NCBI GenBank assembly: GCA_052327205.1
Contig: CM126212.1
Location: 16,244,001-16,308,000 of the forward strand
Length of the DNA: 64,000 nt
Source: Somniosus microcephalus
Taxonomy: Eukaryota
Reading direction: 5' to 3'
Part shown: piece after piece, positions 36,168 through 50,576 of the stretch
Layout: every line of letters starts with the position of its first letter
Position numbering within the stretch: the first letter of the stretch is position 1
Notes under the pieces: generated by a model
Told to the model about the DNA's origin: nothing
The model's input: the letters and a program-made list of their open reading frames with translations, nothing else
The model's database searches: none
Translations under genes and position numbers: made by a program

Positions 36168-37051
36168 GGGGGAGAAATTCAGTATCGCCCCATTTGGGGC
36201 GCAATTATCGGCCGGGCGCAAAGATTAGCGCATGGCGCTAATTATCGCCTCCGACTGCAAACTTGGCTTTTATCGCCCCTGAAGGTGATTGGAGCGCTAA
36301 ATCAGGCGCTTCACAACTGTCTTAAGGCACAAAGGCCGAGGAGCGAGGCGCTACCTCAGAGCACTGGCGAAGCTCATGTGATGTCAGTCAGCAATGGAAC
36401 ACAGACACAATGAAACCGGCCAGTTCTTAAAGGGGAGGGTTGATCTTGCTCTCCATCCACAGCCTGCTCATTGCAGCCTTGTATCTCAGCCTGGAGAGGC
36501 CTGTACATCAAATCTGCTGGAAAGAACAATGGAGACCCAGGGAAAGAGCTCAGAGTGCAGCCTCCACAGTCTCTTCTAAATCGATACAAGGGCAAATCAA
36601 AATGAACCTGCAAAGTGCTGCTCAGTACCCAAAACTCCTTCACACAGCGTTGAATCTCTCCAGAAGTCAGTCTCTCTCTCAGAATGCGTGATGCAAAAAT
36701 GTCACCAACAAAAAAAGGCAGGAAGCGGTCGCCTTTAAATAGCGCTCCCCCAGTCCCTTCCTGACTGCAAAACGCTCCCCTCAACCTGTCGTTGCTAGCG
36801 GCAGTCGGTAAGGCAGGGGGCGCCACTCAATATCCGGTCCGGGGCGCTACCGGGGCGTTGCACACTCGACTGACGTCACGATCTGCCGGCGCAGGAGATC
36901 ATGGCAGTTGTGTTTAGCGCCGCCTCAAAATGTCTAGTTAATTTCGCGAGCGGCGCAAACATCACCGCGCACGGGCGCTAGTTGCTTTGTGCCCCATTAG
37001 CACCCTCTTAAGGCGCTAACAGGAGGCGCAAACCAACTGAATTTTTCCCCC
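36168..37051. mobile_element. Harbinger MITE related to 30213-31889
   Basis: TIR gggggagaaattcag / ctgaatttttccccc with TSD ACT. Shares subterminal blocks such as aatatccggtccggggcgc with the 30 kb element. Confidence 0.88.
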
Positions 37052-40000
37052 ACTGTGTTTAAACAAAGGAAAAATAACAAAAAGAGACAAATTACGTTAG
37101 AGCGATAAAGTCAGGAGCAGTCAAGCAAAACAAACTCGCAGAAGACATTCAGTGAGTCGGTGGGCATCACATGTTGGTTCTCAAAGATCACCTGAGTGCA
37201 AACTAAAACTGTAAACCTAAGCAGTGAGTTGGGGGAACACTGATTGGTGATATTTATTATACATCCTGGACTGTTTGTTTTGTTTGGATGGCAAATTGGG
37301 TGGGGTGACTCTTCCCGGAATTTTTAGTGGTCATCCTTAAGTTGAAGTAGAGAATCTGGGTTTGCCTTATCTACAGCTTCCCTGGGAGGGGAGGTACTTG
37401 TTGATGCATCTCCACAGGGTAAGACTTTGCCAAATCCAACGTGTTATGGCCACAGAAGCAGCGTCCACGTTAACGCAGCCTGTCCGACTGTCGCTCAGCT
37501 CGAGAATCCTTCCACTGCATCGCACCATTTTTCAAGGGAAGAGTGTGGAGATACAAAGATAAAACTGAGTGCATGAAGCTTTAGAGAAATTCCCAAATGA
37601 AAGAAGAGTTCATTTGCTATTTTAGACCAATGTACAGTGCAATCCATTTGGAATGTGGACAAGTGCGTCAGATTAGGCAGGATGGGAATTTTCCTTCAGA
37701 TAGTCAAGTTAAGAAAAATGCTTAAGTCGGAACAGAAAAATGTAATAAATCATCGTCGCAGAGTGTGTCGTTCTCAAAAGAAAAGGCTCAGTCTCTGTGT
37801 AGTATTGCTATCAACTGAATTTGTGTAGGAGTGTTAGCAGAAGGCAGCTCCGAGCTTGTGAAGGGTAGCCTGGGAAGATAGCAACAATTTACAGATACCA
37901 GTGGGAGTGAATTGAGGCGAAGCGTAGAAAGCTACACACACTGGCGCAATTAGTTATCAACTACTTTTAGACTTTTGTTTTGATATGTAACCTGCGGCTG
38001 CAGGTCACTCGATCTCTCACGTTACGTTTCCCTCCACTGTTTGCCTGATTTCGGTGATTGGAGAAATTGCTGGGCGTACAGTTGAGTGCATCATACAGGA
38101 CTCCCTTTACTCAAGTAGCAAAGTTGAGGGGAGGACTTATACACTGCACTTCATAGTAAATACAGAAAGTCTAAGACTGTGTTGGCCCCATTTTATAAGC
38201 TAGTTTGTAGTGATATTGACACGACTAATACCAAGGATCCAGTGGCTCATGGTTCTATTAGACTAAAATTGAGCTCGTCATCATGACAAACGCTCTATCA
38301 AAGGTTTCCAAATTATGTCAACTGTCTCTTGTGCCAAATTGAATGCATTACTTTTTTTGATTCCAACTGGACTGTGGACCAAAGACTTTGGAGGCATTAT
38401 GTTATTGAGGGTGTGTCATGGCTTTACCACTTTACCAGAACACAATGGCAGGCAACTACAAATAAAATGATTTAACAGCTTAATATACAATGTGCTCAAT
38501 GAAAGATGTGTGATTTAAAAAAAAAAAAAGTAAGCTCTATGAGTAATAGATTGTGTACATTGGTAATGTTGTGCCAACCTGTTTTTTTAAAAACCTAACT
38601 ATAACTAGTGGCCAAAATTTCTAGATGTTTGGAAAGGCCTGTAATGAGCGATAAAATACTCCTCACGGCCTCCAGCACAGGGAGGCTATATAAAGATGTG
38701 TGCAATTTAGCCAATTAGAATTGACATTTACTTTGCAAAGTGCTTTATTCGGAGCCGCCTTACCTGTTTTAGAGTACTCAATCAGGGCACCCCCCGCCAC
38801 CCCGGTCTCTGTCATCCCAAAGTTTCCCATTGTTTTACTTCCCAAGGTGTACGTACTAATGTTATTGATTATGATGTCATCCGAATAAAATATATACACA
38901 AAACTGACACGAATCCCTGAATTTCTTTTTGACTATACAATTTTAAAGGTGCATACAGACTATGGAAACGTTATTAGGAAAAAGCTTTTCTCAGAAGGGT
39001 TTACATAAATATAACTTTCACATCACTTTTTTGCTGGGAAAAATAAAACTCCAGAGATTTTAAGGAAGGCCTCCTGGGGTCAGATCCTAAACAGGGTAGA
39101 ACGTCCATCTTCCCCTTTGACCCCAGCCCATGTCTCAGTGCCAGGGGACATTTAAATATTATGGATGGGGCTAGCGCCAGTTGTAGTGCCAGTTGAAAGA
39201 ACTTGCATTTATATAGCGCCTTTCACAACCTCAGGACGTCCCAAAGCGCTTTACAGCCAATGAAGTACTTCTAAAGTGTAGTCACTGTTGTAATATGGGA
39301 AAGGTGGCAGCCAAATTGCGCACAGAAAGGTCCCACAACAGCAAAGTGATAATGAACAGATAATCTGTTTCAGTGATGTTGGCTGAGGGTTAAATATTGT
39401 CCAGGACACTGCCCATCTTCCAACAGTGTCATGGGATCTCCAACTGAGAGGGCAGACCTTGGCTTAACGTTTAATCCAAAAGACGGCATCTCCGACAGTG
39501 CAGCACTCCCTCAGTACTGCACTGATGTGTCAGCCTAGATTTTGTGCTCAAGTCTCTGCAGTGGGACTTGAACCCACAACTTTCTGACTCAGAGGCAAGA
39601 GTGCTGCCCACTTAGCCAAGGCTGACACAATGGATGCCTGCCTCATGTGAAGAGAATTTACTGCAACCCATGCCCACGGCATAAGTGGGCCCACAGACCC
39701 AGCCAATAGTTTACAAAAAAAAACATTGCCCCGAAGTTCCATGTTCCAGCTTCCTGAAAGCAATCTGTGATTGATGGCTTTCGGGAAAAGTAGCCTTTTA
39801 AATCCCTCCTCAATGCTCTTAGCAAGGCAGAATGCCAGGGATACACAGGCTTTGCTAGGGCATAAATAACATGAAATACGTTGTATAATGTATTTCTCTC
39901 ATTACAATATACACGCTCATACATAAGCAGGCATATTATGCACCTGAGCCCACTGGTGGAGGAAATGTTATGGCCAACAAAAAAGCTGGTGACCAGACAT

Positions 40001-40545
40001 AGCGCTGTTTCCTGCACATTTGCAGTGTTAATGGATGGGCAATGAATCAGATTTGAGGGATTACATTAGATAATGTGCTGTATAGATGGAGGTATGCAGA
40101 TTACTCTCATAATCCAACTGGCAAATGTCAAGCATTGCACTCCGGAAGTAGTTGCTATGGTAAATCCAAGGTTAGGTCACCGGAAGTGTTTATGACAAAA
40201 ATCCAGACTAAAATTCAAACCATATGTCTTCTATGCAAATACAGTAAATTCTCTTCAAATGTGCTATACAACCAGCATATTGACCAAGTAAACACTTACA
40301 TGCAAACAAAGAAATTCTCATCTATCAAATCAACCTCTTTTAAATTTCATATCAGATTCTGTTACTGCAATTGGATTATATAAATATACAACTAGCCTTA
40401 ACTTGTTCATTAATCTTCAACTGTATGACTTCATTGACTAAACAAAAAAAAGTGAAGTCCAAACATCAGCAATGGCTTTCCTCCTCATTATGGATGTCCC
40501 AGTATTCTGACAAAAGATCGACACACAAACCATCCTTCCTCTGTA

Positions 40546-40840
40546 CAGGAAACTCTTTTTTATCCGGCACCGACGGGACCAGCGTGGTGCCGGTTGATCA
40601 AAAAGTCCGGATTACAGAGAGGTATACTTACCAAGGTACAAGAGCCCCGTACACGGCCACAGGTGCAGGAGCCCCGGTTACACGGCACTTGTGCAGGAGT
40701 CCCTGTTGCACAGCCACAGATCCAGGAACCCCGGTTACACGGCCACTAATATATAGTAAAACTTACCTGAACCTACTCCTGAATTTTGCCGGTTAAGAGA
40801 GATTTCCGGATATTTAGGCATCGGTTAAAAGAGTTTCCTG
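40546..40840. mobile_element. Tc1/pogo (Tigger-like) MITE
   Basis: TIR CAGGAAACTCTTTT...AAAAGAGTTTCCTG with TA TSD. Internal ~30-bp repeats at about 40637-40747. Confidence 0.85.
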
Positions 40841-41851
40841 TACATCGCTCTACCATTGGCGGCCATGCCTTCAGCTGCCTCGGCCCGATGCTCTAAACCT
40901 CTGGAATTCCCTCCCTAAACCTCTCCGCTGCTCCTTTAAGACACTCCTTTAAACCGACCTCTTTGACCAAGCATTTGTTTACTTGTCCCAATGTCTCCTT
41001 ATGTGGCTCGGTGCCAGATATTGTTTGATAATCGCTCCCGTGAAGCGCCTTGGGATGTTTTTATTACGTTAAAGGTGCTATGTAAATGCAAGTTGTTGTT
41101 GATGCAATACGCATGCTGTGAAAGACCCATGTATTTCCAGTAGTTTCAGTTTTTATTTCAGTTTGCTGGCTTTCATTTACACATCCTTTCACTGCCAGGA
41201 GCTCTAGTGAATCATATCGGGCACATATAGCTCATTTACAAGTGGCAAGTAACTTATTTACAAACATGTAAAGTATTTCAGAGGCAGTTGATGCTTAGCT
41301 TGGATAACATTTATCTCAATGAGAAATGTTGCATGCGCACCAAACCCATGGCTGACCTCACTTGATTTAGCCTTGCACTGGAAGCGGCCCTCCCAATACC
41401 CATGTTTAATCTAGCAGCTACTCCATGTTAAATGAAGGAGGAAGTTCGTCCTGGGCTGATCTTCAATCCTCTTCGTAAACAGGAGGGTTGACTGGTCAGC
41501 AAGCTTTGTATTTTTTGGAAAGGAGTTGGACTTTAAGTAAAATTTCAAACCAAACTTCAACCTATCCTCCAATGTATTTGTTTTAGATGTTAAGTGATAC
41601 ACAAGGACCCCAATTCAACAGTGAAATTAATTTCATACATTTTTATTGCTGTTAATTACAAAAAAAATCTATAATACAAATCTGAACATATCAGTCCAAA
41701 TATAGAGCCTGACTGCTTAAAATAGTCCAAAATAATCGAGATACTTTCAGCAAAATTGTAAAAAGAAAAAAGAAAGCCTTGATTTCTATAGCGCCTTTCA
41801 CAACCTCAGGACGATCCAAAGCGCTTTACAGCCAATGAAGCACTTTTGAAG

Positions 41852-42079
41852 TGACATAACTCGTGCCATTCATGTAGAAATGACTTATGAAATATACTGA
41901 GCGGCCTGCTGGTGGCGCTGTCCAGGGAGAGTATAAATACTCGGGCATGGGCCCAGCTTGCTCAGGGACATTTTGTAAACAGGAACTAGTGAAGGATAAC
42001 TAGACTTCCATGTTGTGAAACAGTCGATTAAAGCCTTGTTTAGTACTCTGACCAAGTGCCTAGTAGTTTTCTTACATCA
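41852..42079 (+). mobile_element. Solo LTR (228 bp) inserted in a SINE
   Basis: TG...CA ends, 5-bp TSD TGAAG (41847-41851, 42080-42084), TATAAATA and ATTAAA. Splits a SacSINE1-like copy cleanly. Confidence 0.85.
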
Positions 42080-43914
42080 TGAAGTGTAGTCACTGTTGTA
42101 ATGTAGGAAACGCGGCAGCCAATTTGCACACAGCAAGCTCCCATAAACAGTAATGAGATAATGACCAGGTAATCTGTTTTGGTGTTGTTGGTTGAGGGAT
42201 AAATATCGGCCTGGACACCGGGGATAAACTCCCTGCTCTTCTTTGAAATAGTGCTGTGGGATTTTTTACATCCACCTTTGAGGTAAGATAGTGCCTCGGT
42301 TTAATGTCTCATCTGAAAGACAGCACCTCCTGACAGTGCAGCACTCCCTCAGTACTGCACCTGTGTGTCAGCCTAGATTACGTGCTCAAGTCCCTGGAGT
42401 GTGACTTGAACTCACAACCTTCTAACTCAGAGCCGAGTGTGCCACCACTGATCCACAGCTGAACACCTCATTCATGAAGGGAAAAAAAAACATGCAACTT
42501 CACTAAAAAAGTTGAAAAACCTCCATTCGGCTGCTTGAAAAACTGGATTCAGCTCCCAAAGCTCACCATCACAATTTCCGAACTTTCTCTGTCTTGTGTA
42601 TAACAGTTGAAACAAAAATAATTTCAGACAGTTTCCAGCTATATGTTTCTAAAGTGACTCCAGTACAGAATTGCCTGGCATCCACTGGCCGCCTCCACAG
42701 AGGTGTACCCAGAAGCACCAGGGTAAATTCTGCAGGGCATTCACTCTGCCTATCTTTGGAGTTCTCTACCCCAGAGGGCTGTGGAGGCTCAGTCTTTGAG
42801 TATATTCAAGACAGGGATCGATTGATTTTTTAATATTAAGGGAATCAAAGGATATGGGGATAGTGCAGGAAAGTGGAGATGAGATAGAAGATCGGCCATG
42901 ATCTTATTGAATAGCAGAGCAGGCTCGAGGGGCCAAATGGCCGACTCCTGCTCCTATTTCTTATGTTCTTATGTTCCCTTGTATGGGGCCTTACATGCAA
43001 CAGGTGCAGGTCAGAAAATTGGGCACCTGATCACAGGAAGCCCAATTTTCCGAACAGGCAATTTCAGGGTCAAAACTGAGACATGCACAGCCTCACTGAA
43101 GTTTGTAAAAAGAAATAAAGCTGTTTCAAGGTCCTACATTGAATTGAACATATTTGGATTAAGCTTTACCCAATGTGGGCCACAGGAGTTCCAGGACATG
43201 GCCTGCTGTTCAAGTAGGCTTCTTAAAGCTAGAAATTAGGCTTTTGATGCAGGTAAATTAAAAAAAAATTGCCTTTTTATTTCCGTCTTGTGTTAGCTTA
43301 TTTTTCTGAGTTATCCTAGATCTTTGAGCTTTATTCCATGTGAATACTTTACTTCTGATTTCTGCTGGCATTCAAATCAAACTCCACAGAGAGGTAAGGA
43401 TGGTCATTCTTTTGGGGGTCCCAAGCACACTGCAAAATTGAGCGGAGGCACAGTTTTTCGTGAGAGGCCAACAAATGTAGCTGCAATGACCCCCCCCCGC
43501 TACACAAATCGTTTTGGCCATGCTCGTCACTGCCTCAGGATTTGTACCTGGACAGGGCTTCACAAGACAGGCTGCCACACAGAGTTGTGCCATCTGCTGT
43601 GCAATGACCTACAGCCAACATCTGTGTCAGGGCCTCTTTCCATAGAAGTGAAGATTACCACAGCGCAAAGCTTTCATGCAACCACATCCTTTCAAGCCAC
43701 CCCGCCTCAGGAGACATCTGCCGCATCAGGCTGTCTGCAGCACACACATGTAGCAGGGAACTGACAATCGCTGCGTTTTCAAGGGGGCAAGATCTTCATC
43801 ACATTTCCTGCACAGGGCATGCAGCTTTCACTGAGTGACAGGGTTCCCTTGAGTGTAAAAGAGTCGCTCGTGGGGAAGAGGGTTCTTCATATTAATCCCA
43901 TGGCCCCCATGGAA

Positions 43915-44548
43915 AGAATCATAGAATGGTTACAGCACGGAAGGCGGCCATTCAGCCCGTCGAGCTCATGCCAGCTCTCTGCAAGAGCACTTCAGCTAGT
44001 CTCACTCCCCCGCCCTCTCCCCGTAGCCCTGCAAATTTTTTTCTTTTAGGTACTTATCCAACTCCCTTTTGAAAGCCGTGATTGAGTCTGCCTCCACCAC
44101 CCTTTCAGACAGTGCATTCCAGATCTTAACCACTCGCTGAGAAAAAAAGTTTTTCTTCATGTCGCCTTTGGTTCTTTTGCCAATCACTTTAAATCTGTGT
44201 CCTCTGGTTCTCGACCCTTCTGCCAATGGGAACAGTTTCTTTCCATCTACTCTGTCCAGACCCCTCATGATTTTGAACACCTCTATCAAATCTCCTCTTA
44301 AACTTCTCTGCTTTAAGGAGGACAACCCCAGCTTCTCCAGTCTATCCACGTAACTGAAGTCCCTCATCCCTGCAATCATTCTTGTAAATCTTTTCTGCAC
44401 CCTCTGTAAGGCCTTCACATCCTTCCTAAAGTGCGGTGCCCAGAATTGAACACAATACTCCAGTTGAGGCCGAACCAGTGTTTTATACAGGTTCATCATA
44501 GCTTCCACACTTTTGTACTCTATACCTCTATTGATGAAGCCCAGGATT
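43915..44548 (-). mobile_element. CR1 LINE 3' fragment
   Basis: ILGFINRGIEYK...LVRPQLEYCVQFWAP...WNALSE. Confidence 0.92.
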
Positions 44549-45369
44549 CCAGAATACAAGAAACAGCTTGTATTCAATTACATCATCATCATGCACGCCA
44601 GTGACCATTAACCAGGAAGTGTGGTGCAGCATTCCACGGTGCCCACATTAACTGAGGAAGAAGAAACTTAATTAACTGGGTGGAAAGCTTTCATCTGTCC
44701 TCTGCATCTGCTGAATCCTACTGAGAAATCCCCAAACAGCAGAGGAGCACGCTGCCTCCGCAACCATGTGTGTTCCTCAGGTACCACCTCCACCTTTCAA
44801 ATAAGTGTGCTCTGTGTCTTAGGCCGCGATTTTCTCAGCGGCGTCCGGATGGTGGCGGGAGAGCTGGTTGCCGGGTTCCAGTCCCGATCCCAGCTGCAGC
44901 CGCTCTGTCAAAGGGATTTTCCCTTGATTGGCCTTGTTAAGCTCGCCCTGCAGGCTTCCCGGCCAATTAACAGGAAGCGGGTCTGATGATGTCATTTGAT
45001 GACGCGTCATCAGCCGGTTTCCTTAAAGGGACCACGTCCACATGGAGTTTGACAGTTGTTCTCTCAGTGTTTGACAGCATTGAGGTGCTGCAAACACTGA
45101 CAATCACTGCACAAAAGTGGACGTTTGCACCATATACTTATGGAGGGAGTCACAGCACGCAGGGAGGTTCTCTTCCCTTCCTAGGGCGGAAGTGACCTCC
45201 CCAGGGCGGAAGTGACCTCCCCAGGACACCAACGCAGCCTGGTTGCATATTGCACAGGAGGGCAAAAGCAGGGATGTCATCAGGGGTCCCTGGCGCCAAC
45301 CTTTCAATGATCTCAGTGGATCACGAAACGTTACTGCAAAGCCACACTCAAACTCACCATGCTGTGCCA

Positions 45370-48300
45370 TGTAATGTATGTACCTTTAAGGGGGAGAACT
45401 ACTTTTTACAGCTCCTGTATCCTGTAGTACCGGCAGTGACCACACCTGTATATAAACCCTGAGTAGTGATCTGTACAGTCAGTTGCAGTTTGAACCCTCA
45501 TTCAGTAAACACCTGTTGATCGTTCCCTGCAGTCTTTTGTCTGATTATTGAAGGACACAACATTAAAATACCCGGATCTAACATTGGCGACGACAAAGAT
45601 TCGAACCTACCTGCAACTCTGCATCACCTCCCAGGGATTCGCTCCTGGAGAGCAGTGGAGGGAGGTCGAGTCCAGAAGCACAGGCATCGCAGGGGAGGCT
45701 GTCGAGAGCCAGGCTTGGCTTTCCAGTCACGGTGGTCCAGCGAAACGGGCTGGCAACAGGTACTGCGCAGACCCTTCCCGGACAGCGGCGGCTAGAGCCA
45801 ACCGAGCGGCACAGAAAAAGGCCGAGCAGCGTCGACGGGGGAGAGAGGGCAGAGCGCACAGGGCGCAGCTGGTGTTCAAGGGCTGAGCAGCGTTAACGGG
45901 GGAGAGAGGCGAGAGAGAGCAGAGCGCAGCCGGTGTTCAGGACCGAGCGGCGTCAACGGAGGAGAGAGGCGAGAGAGAGCAGAGCGCAGCCGGTGTTCAA
46001 GGGCCGAGCAGCATCAACAGGGGAGAGAGGCGCGCAGGAAAACGCGAGGCGCTGCCACTGCCACGAGGACTGCAGAGAGCGGCATTGGCAGCAGCGCAGG
46101 AGCAGCGCACGAAACCCACAGAGCGTCGCCATTTGCCACGAGGACCGCCGAGAGCGGCGTTGGCAGCAGCGCGGGAGACGCCATTTTAAGCCGCAGCGGG
46201 GAAGAAAGGAAAGCGCGGGAGACGCCATTTTAAGCTGCAGCGGGGAAGAAAGGAAAGCACGGGAGACGCCATTTTAAGCCAGTCTAACCACACCCAAAAA
46301 TGCCGAAGAGTGGCAGTATCACAGCGTTCGACAATGAAGTCGAAGATTGGACGACATATGTCGAACGCATAGAAGTACACTGCAAGGCGAATGAAGTGCC
46401 AGATGACAAGAAAGCGCTGGTATTGTTGAATTCAATGGGTGCAAAAACGTTTGGCTTACTACGAAACCTAGTAACCCCAGAGAAGCCAGTAGAAAAGGAT
46501 TTTGAAAACATAGTGTCAATCCTACAGGACCACTTAAACCCCACACCGCTGCTGATAGCAGAAAGATTTAAGTTTCACAAAAGGAACCAGCATAAAGAGG
46601 AAAGTAATGCTGAGTATTTAACGGAACTGCGCAAGCTATCGAAACACTGCCAGTTTGGAACGGGACTAGCAGATACTTTAAGGGACAAGTTTATGTGTGG
46701 GCTTCAAAGTGAAGGAACCCAGAAACGGCTTCTATCAGAAAAGGATCTTACGCTGGACAAGGCTTTCAGCATTGCAGTATCACACGAAGCAGCTGCACGG
46801 GGCGCTGCAGAGATACAACGGAGACCGCAAGAATATGGCACAAATGAAATGTTATACGGAACAGTGAAGTGCTATCGCTGCGACAGAACAACACACGACC
46901 ATAATGATTGCTGGTTCAAGGACAAAGTGTGCAGACAGTGTGGAAAAGTAGGACACATAGCAAGAGTCTGCAGGTCGGGAAAGAAAACCAGCAGCAAGAA
47001 ATCTCCACAGGAGAAGTACAAGAAGGTACATAAGGTGACGGAGAGTAGTTCAGACGAACAGAAGAGTGATACAGACTCCGGAAGCAAGGAGCTGGGTTGT
47101 CTGAAACTACATAATGTGATCAAAACGGAGGATCACCAAACTATCTGGGTCACGCTCAAGATAGCAGGAGTCCAAGTGAAAATGGAATTGGACACAGGAT
47201 CAGCCCTAACAGTCATAAACCGAAGGGACTACAAGCAACTATTCTCACATATACCCTTGAGAGATACAAAGATTGTCTTGAAGACGTACACGGGGCAAAA
47301 AGTCTACCCCAAAGGAAAAATAAGGGTGAACGTTATATATAATGGCAAGGAAACACCAAAAATGGACCTATATGTATTGCCAGATGGAGGACCACCACTA
47401 CTAGGACGTGAATGGATCCGGAAGATACAGCTAGATTGGCATTCCATACAAGCACTGACTGTAGATGCCAAAAAGGATGACGACGTCACACCTGGACGAC
47501 TGTCAAAAATGCTAACTGACGCACAAGAAGTGTTCCAGCAGGGACTCGGAACACTAAAAGGCATAACAGCGATGATCAAAATAGAGGAAAATGCAAGCCC
47601 AAAGTTTTTTAAGGCCAGACCGGTACCTTATGCGATCCGCCCAGCCGTCGAAGCAGAGCTGGAAGGTTTGGAACGTTCAGGAGTACTGTCCAAAGTGGAC
47701 TGGAGTGAGTGGGCTACACCCATCGTTCCTGTAATGAAGAGGTCGTTGAGTAATACGCCTGGGGAACCAAAGAAGGTTCGCATCCGTGGGGACTTTAAGG
47801 TGACAGTGAACCCAGTCCTTCACACTGTACAATATCCGCTTCCGCGGATTGAAGATATTTTCGCCTTGCTATCTGGAGGGAAACGCTTCACTAAGATTGA
47901 TCTGGCCCAGGCGTACCTGTAAATGGAGGTAGAAGAAGCCTCGAAACAGTACCTCACGATCAACACTCATAAAGGTCTCTACCAATACAACCGGCTGGTG
48001 TTCGGGGTAGCATCAGCTCCAGCTATTTGGCAAAGGGCAATGGAACAAGTCCTGCAAGGGATTCCAGGGACCCAGTGTTATTTGGACGACATCCTGGTCA
48101 CGGGTGAAAATGACAGTGATCACCTCGCCAACCTGGAGCAGGTGCTCACTAGATTGAAGGAATATGGGCTTCGAGCTAATCACCACAAATGCGAGTTTTT
48201 CCAGACGCAGATCTCGTATTGTGGCCACGTTATTGATAAAGAGGGGTTACATAAGTCCCCTGAAAAGATTGAGGCAGTAGTCAAGGCTCCAGCACCGGAA

Positions 48301-50576
48301 AATGTGTCACAACTGAGGTCGTTCCTCGGGCTGGTGAACTACTACCATAAGTTCTTGCCGAATTTGTCTACCGTACTACACCCACTGAACACCCTACTGC
48401 AAACGGGGGTACCATGGAAGTGGAGTGACAAATGTAAACGAGCTTTCCAGAACAGCAAAGCGTTGATCACATCAAAAGAGGTGTTGGCTCATTTCAACCC
48501 AGCACTACCAATTCGGTTGGCGTGTGATGCATCACCCTATGGCATTGGAGCGGTGCTGTCGCACAAATTCCCGGACGGCTCGGAGAGGCCAGTAGCCTTT
48601 GCGTCTTGGTCACTAACCTCAGCCGAACGAAACTACGCCCAGATTGACAGGGAGGCCCTCAGCCTAGTGTGGGGAGTGAAAAAGTTCAATCACTATCTGC
48701 ACGGGCAGAAGTTCACCTTGCTGACTGACCACCAACCACTTGTCTCCATCTTTAATCCAAAGAAGGGCGTTCCGGTGATGACTGCGCAACGGCTACAAAG
48801 ATGGTCCCTTTTTCTAGGGGCGCACCAATATGATATCGAGTATAAGGGCACGAAACAGCATGGAAACGCTGATGGGCTATCACGCCTGCCACTGCCTACT
48901 GTGGAGGAAGCACCAGCAGCGGATCCTGTCGAAATATTTCATTCGACTATAATTGAATGCTTGCCAGTAACTAACGCTGGTATAGAGAAGGAGACCCGAA
49001 ATGACCCGACACTGTCTCGGGTATATGATTTGACGGTGAAGGGATGGCCAGCACATGGCGACTCACTGTTGCCAGCATTCTCATCCAGAAGAGAACAGCT
49101 GTCAGTATGCCAGGGGATCTTGATGTGTGGATCCCGAGTGGTAATTCCACCCAAGTTAAGGGAGAGAGTGCTCAATGAGCTTCACGAAGGTCATCTGGGA
49201 GGGGTGAAAATGAAAAGCCTTGCTAGGGCTTATGTGTGGTGGCCGGGGATCGATCAGCAAATCGAGGACCTGACAAAGAGCTGCTCAGGATGCCAGAAGG
49301 TCCAAAATGCACCACCACATGCCCCTCTACACCCATGGGAGTGGCCCTCATCTCCATGGCAACAGGTGCATATTGATTTTGCTGGTCCATTCATGGACTC
49401 AATGTTTTTAATAGCCGTGGATGCGCACTCGAAATGGCCTGAGGTGATCAAAATGTCCTCCACCACCACAGAGAAAACTATTGCAGTCCTACGGACCATT
49501 TTTGCCAGGAACGGCTTGCCAGAGCAGATTTGCTCTGATAACGGACCACAGTTTGTGTCCGAAGAGTTTCGAAGATTTATGAAAAGGAATGGGGTAAGGC
49601 ATTACACATCCGCCCCGTATCATCCAGCCACAAATGGATTGGCTGAGAGGTTCGTACAAACCTTTAAAAAAGCAGTAAAGGCCATGTGCGATGATGACAT
49701 TCCACTGCAGCATAAGGTGGATAATTTCCTGTTAGCCTTCAGAAATGCGACACATGCAGTCACCAACCAGGCCCCGGCCATGATGTTCTTTAACCGAAGG
49801 TTGAGATCTCGTCTGGATTTGCTCAGACCAAATGTACGAAGAGATGTTGAGAATAAGCAATTCCAGCACATCAATGAGAAGCCGACAAGGAGCTTCAATG
49901 TAGGGCAACCAGTCTTGGCCCGCGACTGCCTAACAGAGAAATGGCAACCAGGAACGATATGCACAAGGCAGGGGCCACTAATGTACACAGTGGATGTTGG
50001 GGAGAACATTGTGAGACGCCATGCTGACCAGATCCTAGAGTCACAGGAACGAGTCAACCCCATGTCTCGGCCATACGTACCTGGTGAGGAACCCGATGTA
50101 CAGGTCGCATCTACCTCAGAAACAATAGCATTGGAAGCTGATGAATCAACTGACGACAGGGTGTTAGAATCGCCTCCGCACCAAGAGCGAGACACTCGGG
50201 AAAGGCGTTATCCAGAAAGAATCAGGAATCCGCCCCAAAGACTGAATTTATAAATAGACTATTTTCAGTTAATGTTGCATGTTAAAAGTGTTAATTGTAA
50301 TTAGTTTGATATTTAATTGTTAAATGAGTGTTATGGTACTGTTAATCTAAAAGGGGAGGAATTGTAATGTATGTACCTTTAAGGGGGAGAACTACTTTTT
50401 ACAGCTCCTGTATCCTGTCGTACCGGCAGTGACCACACCTGTATATAAACCCTGAGTAGTGATCTGTACAGTCAGTTGCAGTTTGAACCCTCATTCAGTA
50501 AACACCTGTTGATCGTTCCCTGCAGTCTTTTGTCTGATTATTGAAGGACACAACATTAAGATACTCGGATCTAACA
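45370..50576 (+). mobile_element. Full-length Ty3/Gypsy (Mag-type) LTR retrotransposon
   Basis: 214-bp LTRs at 45370-45583 and 50363-50576 with 3 differences counted by eye. TSD TGCCA (45365-45369, 50577-50581). PBS TGGCGACGA at 45585 and PPT aaaaggggaggaa. Confidence 0.97.
46300..50253 (+). pseudogene. gag-pol polyprotein (Gag, PR, RT, RNaseH, IN) with one in-frame premature TAA at 47920-47922
   Basis: ORFs 46300-47922 and 47923-50253 are in the same frame. Motifs: DTGS protease, YLDD RT, DAS RNaseH, HHCC and D..D..E integrase, C-terminus PPQRLNL. The stop replaces the conserved Q of AYLQ (CAA>TAA). Confidence 0.95.

Noticed and set aside
37480-37830. Possible decayed transposase or zinc-finger coding remnant
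   Set aside because: Only faint Cys/His spacing across frameshifts, and no TIRs found.
47920-47925. TAA immediately followed by ATG as programmed readthrough or reinitiation between gag and pol
   Set aside because: The stop lies inside RT at the conserved AYLQ motif and is one C>T away from CAA. Other apparent decay substitutions exist (RGDFK, FASWSL), so it is best read as a nonsense mutation.
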